Shown here one piece after another: positions 16,202-25,760 of a DNA stretch of 37,398 nucleotides. The translations under genes were made by a program, and so were the position numbers. The stretch covers positions 1-37,398 of the forward strand of contig CAZDXX010000001.1 in the NCBI GenBank assembly GCA_964509595.1, in the 5' to 3' direction. Below the pieces are notes generated by a model. It ran no database searches, was not told the origin of the DNA, and worked only from the letters and a program-made list of their open reading frames with translations. Every line of letters starts with the position of its first letter. The stretch's first letter is position 1. The stretch is from an uncultured Oscillospiraceae bacterium (GTDB taxonomy: Bacteria > Bacillota > Clostridia > Oscillospirales > Oscillospiraceae).

Positions 16202-16232
16202 AATATCTGTTCTGCGCGAGAACTGAATATTT

Positions 16233-16308
<76 letters not shown>

Positions 16309-16346
16309 AAAAGACCTGAAATCTTTCGATTTCAGGTCTTTTTTTG
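16309..16346 (+). terminator. Intrinsic terminator of the tRNA-Ala transcript
   Basis: AAGACCTGAAATC-tttc-GATTTCAGGTCTT followed by a run of T residues. Confidence 0.85.
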
Positions 16347-16357
16347 ACAGGCTGCAC

Positions 16358-16385
16358 AAAAGGACATCTTTTCAGATGTCCTTTT
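16358..16385. terminator. Second, bidirectional terminator hairpin in the convergent tRNA/spoIVA spacer
   Basis: AAAGGACATCT-tttc-AGATGTCCTTT. T residues follow on the plus strand and UUUUGUG follows on the minus strand. Confidence 0.6.
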
Positions 16386-16389
16386 AGTA

Positions 16390-16423
16390 TATATAAAACT
16401 CCTGCCCATTTGGACAGGAGTTT
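16390..16423 (-). terminator. Intrinsic terminator of spoIVA
   Basis: Minus-strand RNA after the stop: UUUUUG-AAACUCCUG-uccaaauggg-CAGGAGUUU-UAUAUAU. Confidence 0.7.
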
Positions 16424-16429
16424 CAAAAA

Positions 16430-17908
16430 TTATAGGATAATACAGATCAGCCCACCAGACCCTTCGTTAATAATGCGCTGTAAGGTCTCTCTTAACTTAC
16501 TGCGGGCATCCTCCGGCATACGCTTCAGTTTTGCATTCAGATCTTCTCCTACCAATTCGTAGAAAGATTTTCCAAAAATATTGGACTGCCAAATCTTTGA
16601 GGTGTCTCCTTCGAATTCCTGAAGCAAAAATCCTATCATTTCCTCCGACTGTTTCTCGGTTCCCATGATTGGCGATACCTCGGTTTGAATATCCGCCCGA
16701 ATCATATGTATTGAAGGTGCCGATGCTTTTAGGCGCACGCCGTATCGCCCACCCTGTTTCACAATTTCAGGCTCCTCCAGGGTCAATTCACTGGTATCCG
16801 GCATGACAATTCCATATCCGGTTTCTTTTACCTGCTCCAGCGCAGCAGCCACTTTATCATAGCTGTTCTTCATTTCCGACAAACCGGAGAGCAAACTCAT
16901 TAAATCTCCGTCATCACGCACGCTGAAACCAGACTGCTGTGACAAGGTGTCATAAAACAAACTGCGCGGCAGTTCCAGTTCTGCCTGAGCAACACCGGTA
17001 CCGAGATCTATCGCAGCAACACCACATCGGCTAACTGAATCGCACATTCCAATCGCTTCCACACAAGTACGCACATCACGCACGCGCTGCAATCCGGAAG
17101 CTCCATTTCTTACTGCGGCATATAATTCACTCTTGATGGGATGTTCAAAAGGCAGCGCGTCCACCCAAGCCGGCAAAAACAGATCCAGTTCCTGAAGCGG
17201 AAACTCATAAAGTACACCGCGAATCACTTTGGTAATAGTCTCTTCATCCAGTTCCAGACAATTGGCGCACATGCAGGTCACATCATACTTCTGCGCGATT
17301 TCTTCACGAACGGCACGCGCCCGCTCGCTATATGGATATGCAGAATTGAGCAACACCAGGAACGGTTTCCCCAATTCCTTCAACTCGGTAATCACCCGCT
17401 CTTCGGCTTCCAAATAGTCTTCCCGGGAAATATCGGTGATTGTTCCATCCGTGGTTACGACGATGCCGATCGTGCAGTGCTCCGCAATGACCTTACGAGT
17501 ACCAATCTCAGCCGCCTCTGTCATAGGAATTTCGTGCTCAAACCAAGGTGTGGTTACCATTCTTGGCATTCCGTCTTCCGTCACACCCATCGCACCCGGC
17601 ACCAGATATCCAACACAGTCGATTAGCCGCACCGATAAAGCCGCACCACCGTCCATTGTGATTTGTACCGCTTCTTCCGGCACGAATTTAGGTTCTGCCG
17701 TCATGACAGTGCGGCCCGAGCCACTTTGAGGCAATTCGTCGCGAGCTCGCTCTTTTCGGTAGACATTTTCAATCTTTGGGATAACCAGACTTTCCATAAA
17801 TCGCTTTATAAAGGTGGACTTTCCGGTGCGAACCGGACCTACAACGCCGATATAAATATCGCCCTCCGTCCGCCGGGCGATGCTTTCATAAATGCTGCGA
17901 TCTTCCAC
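16430..17908 (-). CDS. spoIVA: Stage IV sporulation protein A (spore coat morphogenetic ATPase)
   Basis: IYESIARRTEGDIYIGVVGPVRTGKSTFIKRFME (Walker A) and C-terminal ...LRETLQRIINEGSGGLICIIL are typical of SpoIVA. The GTG start at 17908 behind AGGGAGGA gives 492 aa, the canonical length. The raw ORF starts at an upstream TTG with no RBS. Confidence 0.95.
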   Translation of the reverse strand: MEDRSIYESIARRTEGDIYIGVVGPVRTGKSTFIKRFMESLVIPKIENVYRKERARDELPQSGSGRTVMTAEPKFVPEEAVQITMDGGAALSVRLIDCVGYLVPGAMGVTEDGMPRMVTTPWFEHEIPMTEAAEIGTRKVIAEHCTIGIVVTTDGTITDISREDYLEAEERVITELKELGKPFLVLLNSAYPYSERARAVREEIAQKYDVTCMCANCLELDEETITKVIRGVLYEFPLQELDLFLPAWVDALPFEHPIKSELYAAVRNGASGLQRVRDVRTCVEAIGMCDSVSRCGVAAIDLGTGVAQAELELPRSLFYDTLSQQSGFSVRDDGDLMSLLSGLSEMKNSYDKVAAALEQVKETGYGIVMPDTSELTLEEPEIVKQGGRYGVRLKASAPSIHMIRADIQTEVSPIMGTEKQSEEMIGFLLQEFEGDTSKIWQSNIFGKSFYELVGEDLNAKLKRMPEDARSKLRETLQRIINEGSGGLICIIL

Positions 17909-17925
17909 TGCCGCTTCCTCCCTTT

Positions 17926-19443
17926 CTACCGCTTCCTGGGAATGAGCAGCAGCGTACCACAACCAGGCTGTTCACTCTCCAGTTCGTTGGCTTTGACAAT
18001 ATCTCCAATCGTAGTACCGTACCGTTTGGCCACATCCCAAAGACGTTCGCCATCCTGCAATACCCGCAAAACAATAGACGGCTTTTGTCCTGAACCTTCA
18101 TCCGCAGCATCCAGCATACTAACATCACGAACTACTGATGCACGGGTGTTTTTCAGCCCCAGATATGGAAATTCCAGAGCAAATCGCACCTCTACTCCAT
18201 CCGCTGTTGGTGTTGCAATCAGATTTCCACAGTAACAGGAAAATTGACATGTACACTCTTCCGGCATTTCTATGCAGCAGCTTACATCAAAACTACGGGA
18301 AACCGCACAATATTCGCCGTCTTCCGTCATGCAAACAGCTGTTACAATGGTTTGAGCAATCAATCGCATTTCATCGACTTCCCTGTTTTGCACCGTACGG
18401 CCAATCGTACAATACGAATCTACAATTGATTTAATCTGGAGGCCTGTCTCAATGATCTCGCGAACCATCTGTCGGCCAATTCCTTCCGTCTGGCAAACGG
18501 AATAATCAAAAGGTACTCTCTCGGCACGCATTTGGCAGCATGTACTGTAGGCATCCGCCAACAATTCCGCACTGCGCATCTCCCGTACAACGGCTTGTGC
18601 AAGCATGGAAAGAGACACAGAAACCGTTCGCCCATCTCCCCCCAGCATAAAATCAGCTGCAATTAAACTCATTTCAATCCTGCAGGCCCCATCCTCGCCA
18701 ACACCGGCTACTTCTGTAATCTGCGAAAACGGCAGTGTGAAATCCGCAGCATCCAGACCGCCATTGACAGGACGATAAATCAACTGTACCGCAGCCTCAC
18801 CTTTAAAAATCAGCTTATTTCCAATGATTTTCGAATCACTGCAAGTCAATTCCACACGACTGCTGAGCAATTCCTCCGCCGCAGGACGACCTGCAGGGAT
18901 ATTCAAATCATCTTCAAAGGAAACTTGTTTCTCCTGAAGGGCTGAAACGCAATATAGTTGGTGCATTTCCGTAAGCTGTTCAACTGTTCCGTCTGTTGCA
19001 CTAATCCCAGAACAAGGTGCGATGGTACTTGCTGTAAACACCTTTAAGCAAACGGCGATCTCCACGCGAGTCATAATCTTCCGTGGGTTAATGGTCCGAG
19101 TTTCCGCACCCGCCACTCGCGGCATTGCGGTTACAATGCAGCCGTTACGAACATTTTTCTCTTCAGTTGAAATACTGAACGGAATATTTACTTCCAGACT
19201 ACGAGGGCCGGTCCCACTGTCCGGAAGGTAAAGGACGGTCAGCCGCGCTGTCCCGGTCAGCGTGACTCGGCCGTCCAGTGCCGTTTTGCTCTTCAGCAAA
19301 ATCTTTCCCTGCGTATCTACCAGGCGCAAAATATCCGGGCATGCATCCGGAACGATGGTTTCCAGCGTTTCCTCCTGGAAGACAGTAGTGTCCAAAACAG
19401 TGTCATATCCAGTCAGATGGGTTCGGTTTAATTCCAGCTCCAT
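17926..19443 (-). CDS. DUF3794-repeat protein with a C-terminal LysM domain (SipL / SpoVID-like SpoIVA partner)
   Basis: 505 aa. The C-terminus PSIVLRVLQDGERLWDVAKRYGTTIGDIVKANELESEQPGCGTLLLIP is a LysM fold pattern. The N-terminal beta-rich repeats (LDGRVTLTGTARLTVLY..., FKGEAAVQLIY...) are as in DUF3794 proteins. It lies directly upstream of spoIVA. Confidence 0.7.
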   Translation of the reverse strand: MELELNRTHLTGYDTVLDTTVFQEETLETIVPDACPDILRLVDTQGKILLKSKTALDGRVTLTGTARLTVLYLPDSGTGPRSLEVNIPFSISTEEKNVRNGCIVTAMPRVAGAETRTINPRKIMTRVEIAVCLKVFTASTIAPCSGISATDGTVEQLTEMHQLYCVSALQEKQVSFEDDLNIPAGRPAAEELLSSRVELTCSDSKIIGNKLIFKGEAAVQLIYRPVNGGLDAADFTLPFSQITEVAGVGEDGACRIEMSLIAADFMLGGDGRTVSVSLSMLAQAVVREMRSAELLADAYSTCCQMRAERVPFDYSVCQTEGIGRQMVREIIETGLQIKSIVDSYCTIGRTVQNREVDEMRLIAQTIVTAVCMTEDGEYCAVSRSFDVSCCIEMPEECTCQFSCYCGNLIATPTADGVEVRFALEFPYLGLKNTRASVVRDVSMLDAADEGSGQKPSIVLRVLQDGERLWDVAKRYGTTIGDIVKANELESEQPGCGTLLLIPRKR

Positions 19444-19484
19444 AGTGCTTCTCTCCTTTGGCTGTATCCAGCAAACTCTAAAGC

Positions 19485-19513
19485 ACTATATGTAAAAGCT
19501 GTCCACGCTATGT
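19485..19513 (-). promoter_or_regulatory. Possible sigma-E-type (mother-cell) promoter for sipL-like/spoIVA
   Basis: Minus strand: ACATAGC (rc of 19507-19513), 14 nt, CATATAGT (rc of 19485-19492). The B. subtilis SigE consensus as I recall it is roughly TCATATT-N14-CATACA-T. Confidence 0.3.
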
Positions 19514-19583
19514 CATTTGATTTTGAAAAGAGACATCAAAAGTCTCCGAAGAGCTTTCGGAGATTTGACAACAACGACTTTCA

Positions 19584-19646
19584 TGAAAAACGCCTCCTTC
19601 CACGCAAACTGGTCTACTATCCCAGTATACGCAGAAGGAGGCGTTT
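19584..19646 (-). terminator. Intrinsic terminator after rsgA (end of the long operon)
   Basis: Minus-strand RNA: AAACGCCUCCUUC (rc of 19634-19646), a structured interior with ACUGG/CCAGU, GAAGGAGGCGUUU (rc of 19588-19600), then UUUUCAU. Confidence 0.65.
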
Positions 19647-19663
19647 GGTCCCCTAATGGTTGA

Positions 19664-20545
19664 TTATTTTTCCCACTCCTTGTGGGACTTAGCCTGTTCA
19701 TATAACCGCACATAGCTGGCGTGCCGGCTGGGCGGAATTTTGCCTTGTTTTAAGGCCTCCCGGACTGCACACCCCTTTTCTTTTACATGTGCGCATCCTA
19801 CAAAACGGCAGTCATTCAAATATGGCTTGAATTCCCGGAACGTTTCTGCCAAAGCATCTTTCTTGCGGATTTCCGTCTGGTCGGTATCGAACGACGAAAA
19901 GCCGGGCGTATCGGCCACAATGGCTCCGTTTTTCAAGCGGAACAGTTCCACATGCCGAGTCGTATGGCGACCACGCCCCAACTTCTCACTCACTTCGCCT
20001 ACCGACAATGAAAACCCAGGCTCCAAGGCATTTAAAATGCTTGATTTTCCCACGCCGGAATTACCGGTAAATGCACATACCTTTCCAGAGATCAAGGCGG
20101 CCAGCTCATCAATTCCCTCTCCTGTTTCAGCACTAACGCGCACAGTAGGAAATCCAACAGAATGATAGATTTCGAACAACTCATCCGCTCGTTCCAAATC
20201 GCACTTATTGATGCAGATAATGCTCTCGCATCCTTTCCCTTCCGCAAGGGATGTCATACGATCAATCAAAAAAGGATCTGTAACCGGTATTGCCTTGGAT
20301 ACAATAATGACCAACTGTTCGATATTAGCGACAGCCGGACGTACAAATTCGTTCTTACGCGGCAGAATCTCGTCCACCATGCCGGTGTCGTCCTCTAAGC
20401 GTGTAAATTCCACACGATCGCCCACCAATGGGGTAATTTTTTTATGGCGAAATTTTCCTCGCGCGCGGCAGGCGACCATGTTGCCATCTCCGGGATCTAC
20501 ATAATAGAATCCGGAAAGGGCTTTCATAATAATTCCGTTATTCAT
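19664..20545 (-). CDS. rsgA: Ribosome small subunit-dependent GTPase A
   Basis: Circularly permuted GTPase motifs: NKCDL, then FTGNSGVGKSSILNAL, then a C-terminal zinc knuckle CRFVGCAHVKEKGCAV. The start ATG shares one nucleotide with the prkC stop (TAATG). Confidence 0.95.
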   Translation of the reverse strand: MNNGIIMKALSGFYYVDPGDGNMVACRARGKFRHKKITPLVGDRVEFTRLEDDTGMVDEILPRKNEFVRPAVANIEQLVIIVSKAIPVTDPFLIDRMTSLAEGKGCESIICINKCDLERADELFEIYHSVGFPTVRVSAETGEGIDELAALISGKVCAFTGNSGVGKSSILNALEPGFSLSVGEVSEKLGRGRHTTRHVELFRLKNGAIVADTPGFSSFDTDQTEIRKKDALAETFREFKPYLNDCRFVGCAHVKEKGCAVREALKQGKIPPSRHASYVRLYEQAKSHKEWEK

Positions 20546-22662
20546 TAAGCCTCAAAATTCTCAAGATAATTTTGAACGATTACGTTATCGACGAAAACAA
20601 CCACGCGCTGTACTCCTGTACCGGTAATGTTTTTATAAAAGACACTCATATCCACAGGATTGACAAGGCTGTTATGCTGCACCACACCGTCAACTTCAAC
20701 ACGGATCGAAACCTGCTCCGTATACGGCGACAGATCTACCTGAACCACCTTACTTTTTGTGCTGACCGTTGTTTCATCATCCGGCAGAGGAGGTGTTACT
20801 TCCGGAGCCTCACTTACAGACACATCGGGCTCATTATCAATATCCGAATCGTCCGTTGGGTTTTCATCATCGGTAGGTCCGGAACTAATGTGGAAACTGA
20901 TCTTAGTTCCTTCTTCAACCTGGGTATTTGCCGGAATGGACTGATAAATTACGGTTCCTTTTTCATGGGTCGTGTCTACTTTCTCATCGACAGAACCTAT
21001 TGACAAATTCAGTATTTCAACCTGTTCCAGTGCCCAATCGATCGTTGAGCCTGTAAACACAGGGATTGTGACCGGCACCGTTTTGGCGCCCAAGCTGATC
21101 ACGATCACAACTTCCTGGCCTTCTTCCAAGTCGACACCTTCCAAAGGCTCAGAGCGAATCACATAGTTGCGTGCAATGTCTTCACTGTTCTCATATTCGG
21201 TTCTAACCGTCAAGCCCATCTCATCCCGAAGCTTTGTAATGGCGTTACGATACTCCATTTCAGCTACATTCGGCATCAGGATCTGTTCCGGCCCCAATGA
21301 AATATCTACCGTAATAATAATTTCTTCGCCTTTTTTCTTATCTCCGGCAAGCGGGTCCTGATTGACAATTTGACCAGCAGGCAAATCACTGACCACGGTA
21401 TCGCCTTCAACAATGGTAAAGACTTCGTTGATGGTTCCAAAAGAGATTTCTCGATTGACTTCCTGAACAGTCATACCCACCAAATTCGGTACAATGACCT
21501 CCGTACTTTGAGTAGACAAAATACCGCCAAATACAGCAGTCCACAGGAAATAGCCAATACCGACAAAGAAAATCAGAATCGCAAATATCGCCAAAATCAC
21601 AGGCCATACACTGCCCCGATCTCTGCGGTCATCGTAATAATCGTCCTCATCATCCTCGTCATAATCCCGACGACGGCGGCGCGATTTGCCGTTTTCATTT
21701 TGACGCCGCGATCCGCCTTCCTCAGCACGGCGAAGTACACCGGCATCTTCTCCGCTTCCTCGTACGATCGTGGGTTCATCAACGACACCACCGCAGAAAA
21801 GATCTTCCTGGGTGTATTCGAAATTGATGCTGGGATTCTTACGGAATTCTTCTAAATCAGCCAACATGGCATCTGCCGAAACATAACGCTTGTCCACATC
21901 GGAGGCCATAGCCTTCATATTGATGGCTTCCAACGCTTCCGGAATATCCGGATTGATATCCCGAGGCGGCAGCGGAATGGAACTGATATGCTGAATAGCA
22001 ACCGATACAGGGGTATCCCCTTCATACGGCAGTCGGCCTGCGGTCATCTCGTAAAGCACTACACCGGCAGAATAAATATCAGCACGAGTATCAATATGAC
22101 TGCCACGCGCCTGTTCCGGGGAAATATAGTGCACTGAACCCAACGCTTCCTGAGTCAGGGTGGACTGTGCCGCAGAAGCAACTCGTGCAATGCCGAAGTC
22201 AGCCACTTTAACACTGCCATCACGCAAAACCATAATGTTTTGCGGCTTAATATCTCGATGGATAATACCACGGCTATGCGCATGCGACAATGCCTTCATA
22301 ATTTGTGTAATGAAGTGCAGAGCTTCGCGCCAGTTCAACGGCAACCCTTTCTTTTGCATATACTGCTTAAGCGTAATGCCGTCCAACAATTCCATTACGA
22401 TATAGTCCAAATCATCGGAACGAGACACGTCATAGACTGCCATAATATTCGGATGAGAAAGCATGGCAACAGCCTGAGATTCATCATGGAAGCGACGGCG
22501 GAATTCCGCATCCTGAGCCAGCTCCGGTTTCAGGATCTTAACAGCTACCAAGCGGTTCAGTCTGTGACAGCGTGCCTTATAGACCACCGCCATACCACCG
22601 GTGCCAATACGCTCCAAAAGCTCATATCTGTTGTCGAGTAATTTACCTATGTATTGATCCAT
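20545..22662 (-). CDS. prkC: PASTA-domain Ser/Thr protein kinase (PrkC/Stk1 family)
   Basis: Hanks kinase motifs (GTGGMAVVYKA, VAVK, HRDIKPQN, DFG, SPEQ), one TM helix (VWPVILAIFAILIFFVGIGYFLW), three PASTA-like repeats, an acidic linker and a C-terminal beta-rich domain. Confidence 0.95.
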   Translation of the reverse strand: MDQYIGKLLDNRYELLERIGTGGMAVVYKARCHRLNRLVAVKILKPELAQDAEFRRRFHDESQAVAMLSHPNIMAVYDVSRSDDLDYIVMELLDGITLKQYMQKKGLPLNWREALHFITQIMKALSHAHSRGIIHRDIKPQNIMVLRDGSVKVADFGIARVASAAQSTLTQEALGSVHYISPEQARGSHIDTRADIYSAGVVLYEMTAGRLPYEGDTPVSVAIQHISSIPLPPRDINPDIPEALEAINMKAMASDVDKRYVSADAMLADLEEFRKNPSINFEYTQEDLFCGGVVDEPTIVRGSGEDAGVLRRAEEGGSRRQNENGKSRRRRRDYDEDDEDDYYDDRRDRGSVWPVILAIFAILIFFVGIGYFLWTAVFGGILSTQSTEVIVPNLVGMTVQEVNREISFGTINEVFTIVEGDTVVSDLPAGQIVNQDPLAGDKKKGEEIIITVDISLGPEQILMPNVAEMEYRNAITKLRDEMGLTVRTEYENSEDIARNYVIRSEPLEGVDLEEGQEVVIVISLGAKTVPVTIPVFTGSTIDWALEQVEILNLSIGSVDEKVDTTHEKGTVIYQSIPANTQVEEGTKISFHISSGPTDDENPTDDSDIDNEPDVSVSEAPEVTPPLPDDETTVSTKSKVVQVDLSPYTEQVSIRVEVDGVVQHNSLVNPVDMSVFYKNITGTGVQRVVVFVDNVIVQNYLENFEA

Positions 22663-22680
22663 GGTAAATATCCTCCTTTG

Positions 22681-23412
22681 TTACATCTGAAGCAGAACCG
22701 CCGTAACATTATCGGGGGCTCCGCGCTGCAGTGCTGTATCCAACAATCGTTTACAGCAATCCTCCGGCTCGCCGCCGTGGATAATTTCATAAAGGATCTC
22801 CTGCTCCGTTACGACATTGGAAAGGCCGTCGGAACAGAGCAGCAAAAACGATCCAGCTTCACAGGGTTCTTCGTACAAATCTGCCCTTGCACCCTCCGTC
22901 GTACCTAACGCACGGGTGATCAGGTTTTTCTGTGGATGGGTACGCGCCTGCTCAGGAGTGATCTCACCACGCAGCACAAGGTCTTCCACCACGGAGTGAT
23001 CACGGGTAACCTTTCGAATCCCCTCTGTATTGACTGAATAAGCCCTGCTGTCACCTATGTTGACAATGTAGCATGTTCTCTCCGATGCCAATGCCGCCAC
23101 TAAAGTGGTTCCCATACCAAAGCAATCCAAATCGCTATTTCCACGATTCCATACAACGCGATTTGCTTCTTTTACCGCATCCATCAGAACAGCGGGGATT
23201 TCACTGCTGCGCTGAGGGTCTGCCAAGCCTTCCAAAACTGCATCACCAAAGGTACGAACAGCCAATTCACTGGCAACATTGCCAGCCCGGGTTCCTCCCA
23301 TGCCATCGCATACGATCAAAAGGACTTGTTCGGGAGACAGTTCCTCGACGCGAAATGCATCCTGATTCTGTTGTCGGACTATACCAACATCGCTGATAGC
23401 CCATACGTTCAT
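22681..23412 (-). CDS. stp: PP2C-family Ser/Thr phosphatase (Stp/PrpC)
   Basis: SDVGIVRQQNQDAF, CDGMGG, LLLCSDGLSN, and DNVTAV at the C-terminus. Start set at the third in-frame ATG (MNVWAISD) for RBS spacing from AAAGGGA. ATGs at 23421 and 23418 are alternatives. Confidence 0.9.
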   Translation of the reverse strand: MNVWAISDVGIVRQQNQDAFRVEELSPEQVLLIVCDGMGGTRAGNVASELAVRTFGDAVLEGLADPQRSSEIPAVLMDAVKEANRVVWNRGNSDLDCFGMGTTLVAALASERTCYIVNIGDSRAYSVNTEGIRKVTRDHSVVEDLVLRGEITPEQARTHPQKNLITRALGTTEGARADLYEEPCEAGSFLLLCSDGLSNVVTEQEILYEIIHGGEPEDCCKRLLDTALQRGAPDNVTAVLLQM

Positions 23413-23442
23413 TTGCATCATCCCTTTCGGAAAAACGGGAAC

Positions 23443-24462
23443 TTATTCTTTCATAGATTTGCGTCGCAGCTGTCCGCAAGAGGCATCGATATCTCCTCCC
23501 AAGCGACGGCGAACCGTTACCGTCACACCGTGGCTCTCCAGGCGCTTTTGAAAAGCAGCAACTCTGCGACTGGGTTTCAACGGGCTCTCGTCCACGTTAT
23601 TCAGCGGGATCAGGTTCACATGGCCAGGAGTTCCCTTCAACAACCCAGCCAGAAGATCAGCCTGTGCATCAGAGTCGTTGACACCGTCAATCATAGCATA
23701 CTCATAAGAGATACGACGACCTGTGGTTTCAAAATAACGTCGACAAGTGTCCATCAGTTTCTTTACTCCAACTGCACGGTTGACGGGCATAATCTTGCTT
23801 CTGGTCTCATCATCGGGAGCATGGAGCGAAACACTTAACGTTAATTGTAACCTATGTTCTGCCAACTTGTCAATTTTTTCAACGAGACCGCAGGTAGACA
23901 ATGAAATATGACGCATACCAATATTCATGCCTTTAGGATGGTTCACCAGCTCCAAAAACCTCATGACAGTGTCGAAATTGTCCAGCGGCTCACCAATTCC
24001 CATCAGCACGATGTTGGACACCTCGGCACCGCTGTCCAACTGTGTAAACAGTACCTGATCCAGCATTTCAGAGGGAGTCAAGTCGCGGATCTTCCCTCCC
24101 AACGTCGACGCACAAAAGGCACATCCCATGCGGCAGCCCACCTGACAAGAAATGCAAACCGTATTGCCATGCTGATAACGCATCAGGACTGTCTCAATAC
24201 AGTTGCCATCGGCCAACCTCCAAAGATACTTGATTGTCCCGTCCTGCGCAGAAACTTGCTTGCGCTCCACAGTCGGGTGTGTGATATAGCACTCCTCGGC
24301 CAATTTTTCCCGTAAACTCTTGGGAAGATTGGTCATCTCATCGAATGAACCAACGCCCTTGTGCAGCCAGGCAAATACTTGCCCTGCACGAAAAGCCGGC
24401 TCACCCCAACTTTTCAGCAGAGTGCCCATTTCCTCCTGAGTCATGGATTTCAGATCGGTCAT
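23443..24462 (-). CDS. rlmN: 23S rRNA (adenine2503-C2)/tRNA methyltransferase, radical SAM
   Basis: FRAGQVFAWLHKG N-terminus, radical-SAM CRMGCAFCAS, GIGEPL, and C-terminal GGDIDASCGQL. Confidence 0.95.
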   Translation of the reverse strand: MTDLKSMTQEEMGTLLKSWGEPAFRAGQVFAWLHKGVGSFDEMTNLPKSLREKLAEECYITHPTVERKQVSAQDGTIKYLWRLADGNCIETVLMRYQHGNTVCISCQVGCRMGCAFCASTLGGKIRDLTPSEMLDQVLFTQLDSGAEVSNIVLMGIGEPLDNFDTVMRFLELVNHPKGMNIGMRHISLSTCGLVEKIDKLAEHRLQLTLSVSLHAPDDETRSKIMPVNRAVGVKKLMDTCRRYFETTGRRISYEYAMIDGVNDSDAQADLLAGLLKGTPGHVNLIPLNNVDESPLKPSRRVAAFQKRLESHGVTVTVRRRLGGDIDASCGQLRRKSMKE

Positions 24463-25760
24463 TTCCCTCTCCTCAGCTTTGCAATGAAAAAGCCATCAGT
24501 CCCGTGAATGTGAGGCCAGAGGGTCACAAACCCTTCCTCTGCCCGTCCAACAGGGCCCGGCAATTCAAATTTCTCCAGTGTAAATTCGCTATGCGTATTC
24601 ACAAACTGACGCACAACATCTTCATTTTCCTGCTCCAGCAACGTACAGGTCGAGTACAACAGTACGCCACCCGGCTTTACATAGGCACAGACATTTTCCA
24701 AAATAGCCTTCTGAATGGCAGGCAGACCAGCCAAAAGCTTAGGATCTTTATATCGGATATCCGGTTTTTTGCGAATGATACCTAAGCCCGAACAGGGCAC
24801 ATCAGCAATGACCAAATCAAAGGTGCTCTCCCACTCGGTCACTCGTTCTTTTCCATTCTGCGTTACAGCATGAATCGAGCTCAGTCCAAGGCGCTGCGCA
24901 CCATTCTCGATCAATGTTTGCTTGTGCGGATGGATATCGCAGGAAGTGATCTCTCCTTGGTTGCCCATAGCAATAGCCGCAGCAAAGGATTTGCCGCCGG
25001 GTGCGGCGCATACATCCAATACCTTCATGCCCGCCTGCGGAGCAGCCGCCAATACCGCCATGCGCGCCGCTACGTCCTGGATATAAAGTTCGCCGTTCCG
25101 GAATATTTCCAACTGCTCAAGATTACCGGTCCCCTGCAGAGTCAGGCAATCCTCCAGCCATGGATGCATCTGTGCCTCCACACCGGCGTGTTTCAGCGTC
25201 TCCAAAACCTGCTGCGTAGTAGTCCGATAGGTATTCACCTGAGCCATGGTCGGCACTTCACCATTGTGACATTCCAGCAACTCAACTGCACCGTCCCTGC
25301 CCAACCGGCGGACAAAAACATCCACCAACCACTGAGGATGGCTAAAGCGCACTGCCAACTCCTCAGGCGGGAGCAAATCCTGTTTATTGCGTTCAATATT
25401 GCGCAAAACGGCATTGACTAAACCTGCTGCACCGGGATTTTTGCAAAACTTGCGGGTCAGTTTGACCGACTCATTGACCGCCGCGCTAACAGGGATTCGA
25501 CTCAGAAACAGCATCTGATAAGTACCCAGCCGCAATGCGCTGCGTACCGTCAAATCAATTTTACCCTTTGCAAAGCGGTCAATATACCAGTCCAGCAACA
25601 TTCGATTCTGCACGACACCAAACGTAAGCCGAGTGGCCAATGCAGCATCGCGTCCATCCAGATTCCCTTCCTTTAGGGTCTTTTTCAAGAACCCGTCTGC
25701 CCAGGCGTCCTGCTTCTCACAGGCTACCAGCGTGCGCAGAGCCGCCTCTCTGGCGGTCAT
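24459..25760 (-). CDS. rsmB: 16S rRNA (cytosine967-C5)-methyltransferase
   Basis: NusB-like N-terminal half, SAM-MTase half with DVCAAPGGKS, DVPCSGLGIIRKKPD and YSTCT. It overlaps rlmN and fmt by 4 nt at each end. Confidence 0.9.
   Translation of the reverse strand: MTAREAALRTLVACEKQDAWADGFLKKTLKEGNLDGRDAALATRLTFGVVQNRMLLDWYIDRFAKGKIDLTVRSALRLGTYQMLFLSRIPVSAAVNESVKLTRKFCKNPGAAGLVNAVLRNIERNKQDLLPPEELAVRFSHPQWLVDVFVRRLGRDGAVELLECHNGEVPTMAQVNTYRTTTQQVLETLKHAGVEAQMHPWLEDCLTLQGTGNLEQLEIFRNGELYIQDVAARMAVLAAAPQAGMKVLDVCAAPGGKSFAAAIAMGNQGEITSCDIHPHKQTLIENGAQRLGLSSIHAVTQNGKERVTEWESTFDLVIADVPCSGLGIIRKKPDIRYKDPKLLAGLPAIQKAILENVCAYVKPGGVLLYSTCTLLEQENEDVVRQFVNTHSEFTLEKFELPGPVGRAEEGFVTLWPHIHGTDGFFIAKLRRGK

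Noticed and set aside
15768-16232. T-box, TPP, glycine, cobalamin or c-di-GMP riboswitch in the AtoE-like leader
   Set aside because: I looked for the T-box consensus (AANNNGGGUGGNACCRCG), the TPP CUGAGA...CCUGAUCUGGAUAAUGCCAGCG pattern, the glycine GGAGAG...CACCG pattern and the B12 box. Only an isolated CUGAGA and a GGGUUGGGUCC stretch were present, which is not enough for any of these classes.
19513-19713. 66-aa minus-strand ORF between rsgA and the sipL-like gene
   Set aside because: It overlaps the rsgA 3' end, the rsgA terminator hairpin and the putative sigma-E promoter. It has no RBS.
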